Shown: positions 26,069-38,056 of the stretch, piece by piece | How the letters are laid out: each line of letters starts with the position of its first letter | Position numbering within the stretch: position 1 is the stretch's first letter | From: Eledone cirrhosa | Lineage: Eukaryota | Length of the DNA stretch: 64,000 nt | Assembly (NCBI GenBank): GCA_964016885.1 | Contig: OZ024742.1 | Coordinates: 161,138,001 to 161,202,000, forward strand | Direction: 5' to 3' | Position numbers and translations under genes: made by a program | Notes under the pieces: generated by a model | The model's database searches: none | What the model saw: the letters and a program-made list of their open reading frames with translations, nothing else | Told to the model about the DNA's origin: nothing

Positions 26069-26237
26069 ATTTATTAAAATAACAGATTAAAGTTTAAGCA
26101 AAGAATCGCTGCTTTCACCCTTAACGGGATCTTCTGAAACTAACACAGTCAGATTGACTGTGTTAGTTTCAGAAGATCCCGTTAAGGGTGAAAGCAGCGA
26201 TTATTTGCTTAAACTTTAATCTGTTATTTTAATAAAT
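26069..26237. repeat. Near-perfect palindrome (82-bp arms, 5-nt loop), each arm with an HHR-like motif
   Basis: Centre CAGTC-AGATT-GACTG; arm reads AGTTT-CAGAAGA-TCCC-GTTAA-GGGT-GAAA-GCA...TGC-TT-AAACT. Confidence 0.9.
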
Positions 26238-26322
26238 ATTTGTTCTACGGTTCTTATATATTTGATATATATTTATCCTTATCGAGCCCTCTTTGTATTT
26301 TAGTCTTCAAATTTATTATTAT

Positions 26323-26325
<3 letters not shown>

Positions 26326-26398
<73 letters not shown>

Positions 26399-26585
26399 AT
26401 ATATGTATATATATATGTATGTATGTATGTATGTATATATATGTATATATATATGTATGTATATATATGTATATATATATATATGTATGTATGTATATAT
26501 ATGTATATATATATGTATGTATATATATGTATATATATATGTATGTATATATATATGTATGTATGTATATATATATATATATATG

Positions 26586-26628
<43 letters not shown>

Positions 26629-26635
26629 ATATATG

Positions 26636-26666
<31 letters not shown>

Positions 26667-26706
26667 ATATATGTATATATATGTATGTATGTATATATAT
26701 GTACTG

Positions 26707-26782
<76 letters not shown>
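26326..26782. repeat. (TA)n/(TATG)n microsatellite
   Basis: Direct inspection. Confidence 0.97.
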
Positions 26783-26791
<9 letters not shown>

Positions 26792-27201
26792 TAAACAAAT
26801 AATGAATAAACAATTCCTTATATTAAACAAAAAAAGTTCATTATTTAACGATCGTTTCTAGGGTATATATGTGTTATAATTGGTATGCATATTCAACAGA
26901 CCTATGTACAAAATTATACAAAATTATACAAATTATCAAGATTAAATATACATACCTAACACATATATACGCCGTCTTCAGAAATAATTATTCAGATTAT
27001 TTCTGAAGACGGCGTATATATGTGTTAGGTATGTATATTTAATCTTGATAATTTGTATAATTTTGTATAATTTTGTACATAGATCTGTTGAATATGCATA
27101 CCAATTATAACACATATATACCCTAGAAACGATCGTTAAATAATGAACTTTTTTTGTTTAATATAAGGAATTGTTTATTCATTATTTGTTTAATATTTTA
27201 T
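26783..27201. repeat. Near-perfect palindrome (~206-bp arms, 7-nt loop), each arm with an HHR
   Basis: Centre GAAATAAT-TATTCAG-ATTATTTC; arms match with one visible mismatch. Confidence 0.92.
26997..27143 (+). ncRNA. Hammerhead ribozyme with ~115-nt helix II
   Basis: TTATTT-CTGAAGA-...GTATATATGTGTTA...TAACACATATATAC...-GAAA-CGATCGTT-AAATAA. Confidence 0.78.
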
Positions 27202-27332
27202 CTTGACTCTGTATACCGTTTATCTTTCACCGAAAGTGGATTTTCATTACATCTCTTCTTTCCATGATATCCGGAATACATTGGGTTCTTCATACGGATT
27301 GGACACTACCGTAAACTCTTGGTAGATTTATC

Positions 27333-27431
<99 letters not shown>

Positions 27432-27656
27432 ATGTATGTATATATATGTATGTATGTATGTATATATATATATGTATGTATGTATATATATATATGTATG
27501 TATGTATATGTATATATATATATGTATGTATATATATATATATATATATATATAAAAACAAATAACGAAACGAAATTAAATTTCGTTTCGCTTCTAACTC
27601 ACTTTTGTATGACTGACGCTTAAACAATTAAGTATAACGATATGTGCTTTTACAAT

Positions 27657-27747
27657 TCTCCAGAGAAGCCGGAAGATGGGTAAATATTGCTGATGAGATG
27701 TAACAACATCGAAACTAGTCCAATATTCCTGTCTGGCCCTCTGGAGA
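27657..27747 (+). ncRNA. Canonical type I hammerhead ribozyme with extended helix I
   Basis: AATATTG-CTGATGA-GATGT-AACA-ACATC-GAAA-CTAGTC-CAATATT (27683-27727), enclosed by TCTCCAGAG/CTCTGGAGA. Confidence 0.9.
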
Positions 27748-27944
27748 ACAGAGGAAATGTGTTTCCTTGAAAACTCGTATGACTCTAAAACCCGGTCCGT
27801 CTGTGTGGTTACATACAGACTAGCTGACACTCACTGTAAAGTGTCTAGTGAAAAACTGAGTACATGTACATATGTATACATGTGTGTATCTATATGCATA
27901 CTAATACTTCCGTATACATATGTAGATGTACACTTTAACTTAAT

Positions 27945-27975
<31 letters not shown>

Positions 27976-28008
27976 GTATGTATATATATGTATATATATA
28001 TATGTATG

Positions 28009-28043
<35 letters not shown>

Positions 28044-28048
28044 GTATG

Positions 28049-28123
<75 letters not shown>

Positions 28124-28125
<2 letters not shown>

Positions 28126-28264
28126 CGAAGGAGATGTGGTAAGGAACCAGGTGGACCATAACGCACCAAAGTACTCAATACTTAGGGTAGTAGAGTGGGT
28201 AATAGGAACGAGTAGGACCCCGACGGCTGAGCTCAAGCCGTTTCGACGGCTAACTCTGGACTAA
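28124..28264 (-). mobile_element. Short repeat family F1 (pLTR-like 3' end with 3' half of an HHR)
   Basis: Reverse strand AGCCGTC-GAAA-CGGC-TTGAGCTCA-GCCG-TC-GGGGTCC...CCTTCGTT-(AT)n; further copies at 20310, 32740, 34845, 36082, 37205 and 57909. Confidence 0.8.
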
Positions 28265-28268
28265 AAAG

Positions 28269-28867
28269 TTGGTGCTACTGGTAACATGTATCCCAGTACA
28301 ACCTGTCTCATGGTCGGGTCGTTGGCGACTAAACTGGCAACCCCGCAAAGGTTTCTTGGTGAGAAGGGTGACTTTGGACATCCTGCAGGACTAAAAACAA
28401 AACCTGTCAAAGGGAAAAGGAGCTCTTAAGAGTCAATGGCCATCCAAAATCACCGGGAGAGATGACCCCTTAGCCTTTGTCAAGGCAGAATTCTAGGAGA
28501 AGGAAAACTCTGATATAACACCTGCAACCCTGATGGTATCCAATGATGTTGACTTGTTCTTCTTTTGGTAAATATCATCTTGGCTAAGAGAGTGGGACTG
28601 GCTTTGTGCAGTGCCTTTGCTCACTATAAAAGCTTCACGGCACAGGCATTGCTTTATATCTGGAGATCTCTCTGCACTTGTCGTCACATGGTGCCATGGG
28701 CCCAGCACTATGTGTCAATAATTGTCACAAGTGTAGTGTTTGTACCAGAGCTTTCAAGTCGCTGGCTGGAATAAAAAGTCAGACTTGTTTAGCGGATCGG
28801 TAGGGGTTCTCCTACATGGATATAAAGTAGTGGCCGTACTCGAAACCGAGTTGGCAGCCACCACCAT
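28269..28867 (+). mobile_element. ~600-bp non-autonomous RTE-like derivative with (ATGT)n tail
   Basis: Reverse complement of 47696-48285; 3' part encodes the C2H2-like remnant [15 protein letters not shown]. Confidence 0.75.
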
Positions 28868-29057
28868 GTATGTATGTATCTGCGTACGTATGCATGTGCG
28901 TACGTGTGTATATATGCATGTGCGTGCGTACGTACGTATGTATGTATGTATGTATGTATGTATGTATGTATGTACGTATGTATGTACGTATGTATGTACG
29001 TGCATATGTATATGTGCATGTACGTGCGTATGTACGTACGTATGTATGTATATATAA

Positions 29058-29318
29058 CAGTGCAGTGCCTTTTCTCACTATAAAAGCTTCACGGCACAGG
29101 CATTGCTTTATATCTGGAGATCTCTCTACACTTGTCGTCACATGGTACCATGGTCCCAGCACTGTGTGTCAATAATTGTCACAAGTGTAGTGTTTGTACC
29201 AGAGTTTTCAAGTCGCTGGCTGCACTAAAACGTCACACTCGTTCAGCGTATCGGTAGGGGTTCTCCTACATGGATATAAAGTAGTTGCCGTACTCGAAAA
29301 CGAGTTGGCAGCCACCAT
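29058..29318 (+). mobile_element. 5'-truncated copy of the 600-bp element
   Basis: Repeats about 28607-28866; encodes [22 protein letters not shown]. Confidence 0.8.
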
Positions 29319-29374
29319 ATATGTATATATATGTATATATATATATGTATATATATGTATGTATATATATATAT

Positions 29375-29519
<145 letters not shown>

Positions 29520-29521
29520 CA

Positions 29522-29873
29522 TGGCGCAAAATCAATTTTTTACATTCACATGACCTCTACCGACCAATCAAAATTGTTTTGACCACAAGAATTTTTGCAA
29601 CACGAATTGGCGCAAAAACCAATTTTAATAGCGCTGGAGCCACTTTTTTAACATAAAAACAGGTAGAATTCCCAAAACTAATCAGATCAGAGCAAACATC
29701 ACGGACGCTCTATCTCAAAATTATTTTTGAAAAGCATTTAGAAATGCGCAACCGGTAAAACTTAAAACCAAAACTGAATACTAACCAATACAATTACTAA
29801 TTCTCATTTATTCCTAATTAAACTATTTTTCATTGTGAACAATTTGTCAGCATTTTCTATTCCGTTTACCAAT
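29522..29873 (+). mobile_element. PLE pLTR-like repeat with variant HHR at 29724-29760
   Basis: TTT-TTGAAAA-GCATTT-AG-AAATGC-GCAA-CCGGTA-AAA; between (TA)n tracts; homologous to 14320-14655. Confidence 0.75.
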
Positions 29874-29892
29874 ATATATATATATATATATA

Positions 29893-30503
29893 TAAGTAAA
29901 AATTTTTTAAAAAAATTTTTTTAAAAAGATTTTCTTATTTTACGTCTTTTATATTATTGTTCTGCATCCTCCTGCATTGAACCACCTAGGTACTATGACA
30001 TAACCTGTGTATTTGCTGGCATAGGCGTGCATCTGTGCGCTTATGTTAGTTGATATATTAAATTATCTATATTTATCTCCAAATCACTGATTTGTCGAGC
30101 AAACCTGCCAAAACCACTTCTAAAAAAATTTTTTTTGGGTGGGTGTTAGTAGGCGTCAGTCATCTTACCATCCCATTCCTTCTGACTAGCCTCTGTGTCA
30201 CGTGATTGATTCTTTAGAATCGGCCATTTGACTAGAAGCAGTGAGGATTTCAGTGCATGAAATTCAGTCCTCGCCAGCTGTTCCATCTACCGAATTATTA
30301 TTATTTTTATATGAGCCGCCAGTGTCCGCGCATTGCCTGGAGACTTAGCTGAGAATAGACTCCCTGATGACGCAATGAATTCTCGACAGTTAGATTACGT
30401 AACTGTCTTTATCCCATTGCAGAAACTAATTAGTTGGAGTGAAAATTTAAGTAAGTAAATAAGTAAGTAAACAATTTTTTAAAAAAGATTTTCTTATTTT
30501 ACG

Positions 30504-30508
<5 letters not shown>
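29893..30508 (+). mobile_element. Terminally redundant non-coding HHR element (unit about 560 bp)
   Basis: AAAAAGATTTTCTTATTTTACGTCTTTT at both 29923 and 30482; homologous to about 35590-35978. Confidence 0.8.
30359..30440 (+). ncRNA. Type I hammerhead ribozyme
   Basis: ACTCC-CTGATGA-C-GCAATG...CATTGC-A-GAAA-CTAATTAGTT-GGAGT. Confidence 0.85.
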
Positions 30509-31217
<709 letters not shown>

Positions 31218-31219
<2 letters not shown>

Positions 31220-31512
31220 CGTTGAAAGAGATAGAAGACTGAACAATGAAAAATGAACTGTAAAATGAGGTAACGAAAAGTAAGTTATCTGGTAGTCTTT
31301 GTGTTGTTTCTTGTTGTTCTTTTTTCTGTCCAATACTTCAGAACCTAAACGTCCCTTCTTCGGGGTTTAAGGAACTTACGTCCCGAAAGATTGGACAGAA
31401 AAAAGAACAACAGCAACAAAAAACAAAACAAAGATTACCAGTTAACTTACTTTTCGTTACCTCATCTTACAGTCCATTTTGCATTGTTTAGCCTTCTATC
31501 TCTTTCAACGTT
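31218..31512. repeat. Diverged inverted repeat (~120-bp arms) between TA tracts
   Basis: 31218-31334 is the reverse complement of 31390-31512; spacer has ACGTCCC-GAAA and, on the reverse strand, CCGAAGA-AGGGACGT (HHR-like scraps). Confidence 0.8.
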
Positions 31513-31561
31513 ATATATTAGACACAATGCTTCAAGCAAACTACAACATTTTATTATATAA

Positions 31562-31593
<32 letters not shown>

Positions 31594-31602
31594 CCATACA
31601 CT

Positions 31603-31783
31603 GAACAAAAGCGCTACCCAAGGTGTCAAGGCCTAATATAGACGACACCTCCAAAATTAAAGGTTCAAAATTTTAATCTATCTTCAGGTGCTAATACGAA
31701 GATAGATCGCAATTTTGATCCCTCTTACATTCTGAAAGTGTCGTCAATATTGGGCCTTGAAACCTTGGGTAGCGCTTTTGTTC
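31603..31783. repeat. Inverted repeat (~46-bp arms) with HHR 3' half
   Basis: 31603-31648 is the reverse complement of 31738-31783; GGCCTT-GAAA-CCTTGGGTA-GCGC. Confidence 0.7.
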
Positions 31784-31923
31784 CGTATAAGGACTTTAAT
31801 AAATAATATATTTCTTCTCTCTTCCCAATTGAGCAGTGTTTTCCTTTTTCCATTCTCACACCTACATATACATATACATATGCACTCACACACACACACA
31901 AACATATATACATATATATATTC

Positions 31924-31999
<76 letters not shown>

Positions 32000-32094
32000 G
32001 GGTGCAAGTTAATTGCGTCCGTAGGCGGTATGCCGGGTAAGCAGTCGATGCTCTTGGGGAGCAGAGTATCAATAGTATTAATATATAATCCACT

Positions 32095-32470
32095 TCCAGC
32101 ACTTACCTCCACCCTCACTTTTTCTCTTCAAGTGGAGTTTGAAAATACTAATCAAGGCTTCTCCGAAGAGAAAACTGCTTGCTTAAACACTTTCAAACGC
32201 GTCCACTAGACTACCCCTTTCACTGTGGCCACCAGGCACATAAAAACAGCTTGCCCTTCATAACTAAAGGAAAGCGGTGACATGATCTTCACGATGGGCT
32301 CAGCTGATAGCCATATCCGTCCTTCACGTGACAGCAGGTGTTTGACGTCTGTTTCACAGACCAGACACTTGACGACAAGCACCAATCTCTTTGCTAGCAC
32401 CTTGGCCAAAATCTTAAACTCTGTGTTCAGCAGTGTTATGAGCCCGAAATTATCAATTGCGTCCCTCAAG
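32095..32470 (-). mobile_element. Tx1 ORF2 fragment, internally deleted
   Basis: NFGLITLLNTEFKILAKVLAKRL matches the 9105 ORF; 32100-32150 matches the ORF2 C-terminal region near 45050-45100. Confidence 0.75.
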
Positions 32471-32908
32471 TTCAATGCTTATATTTTTTCTGTTTGTGTT
32501 TGCCGTAATTCCTTTATTGCTTAACAAATTATGCAATCCGAACCTGATGATGTCGGCAGAATCTTACGTAACCAGGCCATTGAAATATTATATACACAAG
32601 CTTTAATATTATATATATATGCACACTAGAAGAGGGAGACCGGGGTTGACATATATTGATGCCCTACGGACAGACACTGAGAGACGTAGGACACACATAT
32701 ATATATATATAGTATGTATGTATATATTCAGAAACAGCAAATAGGGTGTGGTAAGATACCTGGTGGACTATAAGACACCAGAGAACTCAATACTTAGGGT
32801 AGTAGAGTGGGTAATAGGAAAAGAGGCAGCTCCGGCTGTCGAAACGGCCGGAGCTCAGCCGTCGGCGTTCTGACTCTTTTCATATATATATAGATATACA
32901 CATACACT

Positions 32909-33009
<101 letters not shown>

Positions 33010-33331
33010 CGGAACAAGTAAACATTAAACAATCTTTTAAATAAATTAAAATACGATTTAAATATTTACCTCTTCTAGTGATATATATATATATATATAT
33101 ATATACGGGATAACACATTATTGTTATAGGTAGTCCACTTAGATGTAGTCCAGTTAGGGTACTCCGAGTAGTGGATAGTATCAACGCTTGGCTAAGTTTG
33201 ACTCAACAAGACGTTTCCATAGTGATGCTGCGAGTACGCGGTGATTTCTATGTAGTTTATACACTTGGAGTAATAATAAATCAAGAAAGAATAGTGACAT
33301 GGTTTCTATAAAATAGAGGCTTTATTCACAT

Positions 33332-33440
33332 TGCTGACAATTGTTTCTCTGAACTGGTAGGTATAGAGATCGCTACCCGCCTGTTTTTTGCGTCAATCGA
33401 TCACCAATACTTTGTTATAACCAGTCAATTCATCAGAGCA
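33332..33440 (-). ncRNA. Type I hammerhead ribozyme with long helix II
   Basis: TGCT-CTGATGA-...ACTGG...CCAGT...-GAAA-CAATTGTC-AGCA then AATAAA; same helix III as 7239-7253. Confidence 0.78.
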
Positions 33441-33989
33441 TGCGAGAATGAAGGGAATACACAGGCATGGCTTCTATATATAGTAGTGGCATTAAATCAG
33501 AACAATAATAACAATACTAGCAATACTACAATAAATTAGCTAGACCATAAATATTTAAAATAATCACAACATCAATCTAAGTAAGACAGAGTATACTGAT
33601 GACTTTAGCATGTAAAACGAGCTGATACGAAGCAGGTGTATGAAATTGACATGTAAAAGCTGTCATGGGGTGTATTATATATATAGTGTAGAGATAACCT
33701 GGGGTTTGACACAATGGACCATTTACTTTACTGTAGGTTTGCTGACCGTAAGAATTATTTATTATCTGACAGATAAAATATTTTCATTGTTGTGAGGATG
33801 GTAATTTTTATGTGGTGTAAAGCGGATTCATTATTTAAGTGGTCTATATTAGATGAAGGGATTGTTAGTTCGAATCATGGGGTTGTTTAGCTTTCACACC
33901 ATCAATAACACATCATGCATGGATAAGACAACAATAATAATTATAACAGCAATATAGTAATATAGTATAAGCAATATAGTATAATCATG

Positions 33990-34352
33990 CGACTTCATAC
34001 AATTCGATATAAACGATTACTACGCGTCCACATCCCCATTCACCCTAGATAAAGGGCTTATATTTGCCAAAAATAACTCCGATCTTACCCCTGATGAAAT
34101 TGAAATAATACTAGCTGCTAGAAGGACTATCATATCATTTGAAATTAGCTATTGGGTAAGAAAAGATAGGATAAACAGCTTCGATATCACAATGGGATCG
34201 AATGATTCAGCGCAAATCACTGACGTCGGGGGCTTATTTATAGCTCACAACCTACATAAAGCATTCAGTAACCTCCAAGGAGGGATTTATAGAGATGACA
34301 TGTTCCTTATAGCTAGGAACTTAAACAACCAGAGCATAGAAAGATTAAGAAA
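33990..34352 (+). pseudogene. Naiad-like PLE reverse transcriptase fragment
   Basis: QFDINDYY...SFDITMGSNDSAQITDVGGLFI...GIYRDDMF; homologous to 56744-57505. Confidence 0.85.
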
Positions 34353-35353
34353 ATTTCCTCTCTTTACGTTGCATTACTACGTTTGTTTGTTTACTGTCCC
34401 TCTTTCTCCACCCAATTCGCTCTGTCCCAATAACTTATTTTAGTTATTGCTCGCACTGATTTTGAGGTATCTGATCTTTAATGCGAAGAAATATCGTTGA
34501 GAGTCAGAAGATCACTGATGATGGACTGTCCCGTTTCTCGCTCTATTTTTCATTCATTTAGATCACACTCGCAACAACGCAGCACGCCATTTTTTCATTT
34601 ATATATATATATATATATTGCCTAAATGTATGGTTGCTATCACTAAGAAAGAGCCGTCAATGTGTAGTCATAGAAGTAAATATGTTATATTGTATGAAAT
34701 TCATGGCAAACTGGTGTATACCTCCTTAAGTACTCCTGAAAAGATTCAGAACCTCGACGGCTGAGCTCCGTTTATATATGAATGTATATATAAATATATA
34801 CACACTCACACACACACACAAACTTACATATATGTGAAAATATTCAGGTACCGACGGCTGAGCTCCGGCCGTTTCGACAACTAGATCCGAACTAAGCCAC
34901 CAGTATACTGGTCGGGGTCGTGAATCTTTTCATATTAATATTACCCATTCTACTACCCCAGGTATCGAGTACTCTGGTGTGTTATGGTCCACCTGGTATC
35001 ATACCACACCCTCATTGTTATATATATATGTATGTATATATATATGTATGTATATATATATGTATATATATATGTATATATATGTATGTATATATATATA
35101 TATGTATATATATATGTATGTATATATATGTATAGATGTATGTATATATATATGTATGTATATATATATATATGTATGTATGTGTATATATATGTATATA
35201 TATATGTATATATATGTATATACATATATATGTATGTATGTATATATATATGTATATATATATATATGTATGTATGTATATGTATATGTATATATATATA
35301 TGTATATGTATGTATGTATGTATATATATATATGTATATATATATATAGATAT

Positions 35354-35385
<32 letters not shown>

Positions 35386-35432
35386 GTATATATATATGTA
35401 TATGTATGTATGTATGTGTATATGTATGTATG

Positions 35433-35495
<63 letters not shown>

Positions 35496-35841
35496 AAGAA
35501 TTCATATCTAGTAACATATATATACATACAGATGCATATCAATGCTAGCAAATATATAGGTTTTGTCTTAATAACTGTGGTTCAAATTATTTGTCGAGCA
35601 ATATTGGCCATGACTGCTGCTACGGTTGTAGGCAGGCCGCTGTCTTATTAGCAAACCACTTTCCACTGATTGACCTCGATGTCACGTGTTCGATTCTTTT
35701 TGAATTTGTCACAGACGTAGAGGCAGTGATTTTCTCAATGGCTTGGAATTCAGTTCACGCTTCGCTATTTCCTATCCACTGAATTATTTTTTAATAAGTT
35801 TCCAGTGTCCTCGCTTTGCCTGGAAACTTACATGAGAATAG

Positions 35842-35926
35842 ACTTTCCTGACGACGGAATGCTTTTCTTTATATTATTCTTCGGAAAATATATTTACTCC
35901 ATTCCAGAAACTAATTAGTTGGAAGT
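35842..35926 (+). ncRNA. Type I hammerhead ribozyme (relative of 30359)
   Basis: ACTTTC-CTGACGA-C-GGAATG...CATTCC-A-GAAA-CTAATTAGTT-GGAAGT. Confidence 0.85.
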
Positions 35927-35974
35927 GATATTTTAGTAAGTAAGTTAATTTTATAATTTTCTTATTTTACGTCT

Positions 35975-36071
<97 letters not shown>

Positions 36072-36248
36072 GTATGTATAGTATACTGGTGGCTTAGTTC
36101 GGATCTAGCTGTCGAAACGGCCGGAGCTCAGCCCTCGGGGTCCTGAATATTTTCATATATATATCTGTTTGTGTGTGTGTGTGTGTGTGTTTGTGTTTGT
36201 GTTTGTGTGTGAATGTGTATAAATTTATATATACATTCCTATATACAT

Positions 36249-36323
<75 letters not shown>

Positions 36324-36926
36324 TACGTATGTATATACATATGTATATATACATACTTATACAGGGCCGTATTAACGCATATTCAGACCCTGAATATAGA
36401 TCAGTTATACTTAAGGTTAATTTCTAAATCCTCTGTAGATATTATTCTCGGTATCTGTTAGACTCTCTTGGTTTGGCATTATTCAGCATCAGTTTGTCTT
36501 AGTATGATATAATTTGAAAAGAATGTTGAAAGCTATTATTAACTCGTTGGTTTGCTTGTTGTAAATACAACTCCACTGCTAATTAACTAATTACGGTATC
36601 TTTTTGGGTGGTCGATCTATCTCTGTCGTCACCCAGATTACAGAAAAAGTTAGTAGGTATCGGCTCCCAATAAAAGTGGCTTATCTCTAAATTTAACAAG
36701 AAAACATATGATAAAATTATGAATTGAATTAACGTAAAAGATCACAAAATTTCATTAAATAGTTAAAATATTATTTCTTAGATAGATGCAAGAAACAATT
36801 TGTGTCTTTATAAACTCTATAATAAAGGTATGGTATAGAGATACATATATATGTGGGGATAGAGAAAGATACATAATTGCACACACACATAATTAAATAT
36901 GCAAACATACATATATGCATACAGAC

Positions 36927-36957
<31 letters not shown>

Positions 36958-37170
36958 AAGGGGCGTGGCTGAGTGGTTAGAGAATTGAAATCGCAATCGT
37001 GAGATTGTGAGTTCGATTCCTGGACCAGGAGATGCGTTATGTCCTTGGGCAAGACACTTTATTACACGTTGCTTCTTCTACCCAGAATTGTGACCGATAG
37101 ATAGTATTAGCAATTGGTAAGACCAATGGATACATTGTTTCCTCGGTCCGATTTGACGAAAGTCATTCGA

Positions 37171-37172
<2 letters not shown>
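36958..37172 (+). mobile_element. tRNA-derived SINE
   Basis: GTGGCTGAGTGGTTAGAG (A box), GAGTTCGATTCC (B box), GTCCTTGGGCAAG body. Confidence 0.8.
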
Positions 37173-37203
<31 letters not shown>

Positions 37204-37204
37204 A

Positions 37205-37417
37205 GAACGAGTAGGACCCCGACGGCTGAGCTCAAGCTGTTTCGACGGCTAATTCTGGACTCATTCTGGGCTAATTCTGAGTCCAGAATTAGCCGTCGAA
37301 ACGGCTTGATCTCAGCCGTCGGGGTCCTACTCGTTCCTATTACCCACTCTACTACCCTAAGTATTGAGTACTTTGGTGCGTTATGGTCCACCTGGTTCCT
37401 TGCCACATTTCCTTCGT

Positions 37418-37418
<1 letters not shown>
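37205..37418. repeat. F1 family fold-back insertion between (TA)n tracts
   Basis: 37205-37262 is the reverse complement of 37279-37336; the right arm continues to the family 3' end. Confidence 0.85.
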
Positions 37419-37448
<30 letters not shown>

Positions 37449-38056
37449 ATACCTGGGGAGGGTCATATTGTTGTAATAATATTGCCAGAAATAATAGCAG
37501 AACACACTCACTGTTTGGTTGGTTTTCGCTTCTTTTATATCAGTTAATTCATTTGGTCCTCAATGTTTATCATTGACTGACCAACAGTCAAAAATACAGA
37601 TATAATATAGATATAAACACATATATATAGTCTAACAAAGTTATTTCGTTGCACATCTGCAACATCATCAGTGGTACTATTATGTTCCTTCATTTTTATT
37701 AAATCTGTTTATTTATTTATTTATTTTTGTCTGCGCATGCGTGTGTGTAATAGTGTTTGGTGTGTGTGTTCGCGTTTAGGTAACTGTGTTTTGGTTATTG
37801 TATTCTATCTTAGTTTACTAGTGTGTGTTTAGATGTGTTTGTTGTTATTGTGCTTGTGTATATATTTATTTATTTATTTATTTATATTTCTCTTAAGTCA
37901 GTATTGTTTGTTTGGGTGTTGTTGTTATTCCATTCATTTTTTCTGTTTAGCTTTGGCCTACTAAGCTCTATTTCGCTTGCCTCTCTGATTTGCCTATCTG
38001 CTGGGTCATTTCTATGTTTAGATATTATTTTAATTTCTATGTTGTCTATGTTACCG

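Noticed and set aside
32544-32592. CTGATGA...GAAA motif
   Set aside because: No helix I pairing and weak helix II; at best a dead remnant
34516-34540. CTGATGA-TGGACTGTCC
   Set aside because: The GAAA half is missing, so it cannot be called a ribozyme
36958-37030. tRNA gene
   Set aside because: A and B boxes are present but run into a SINE body, and no complete cloverleaf is evident
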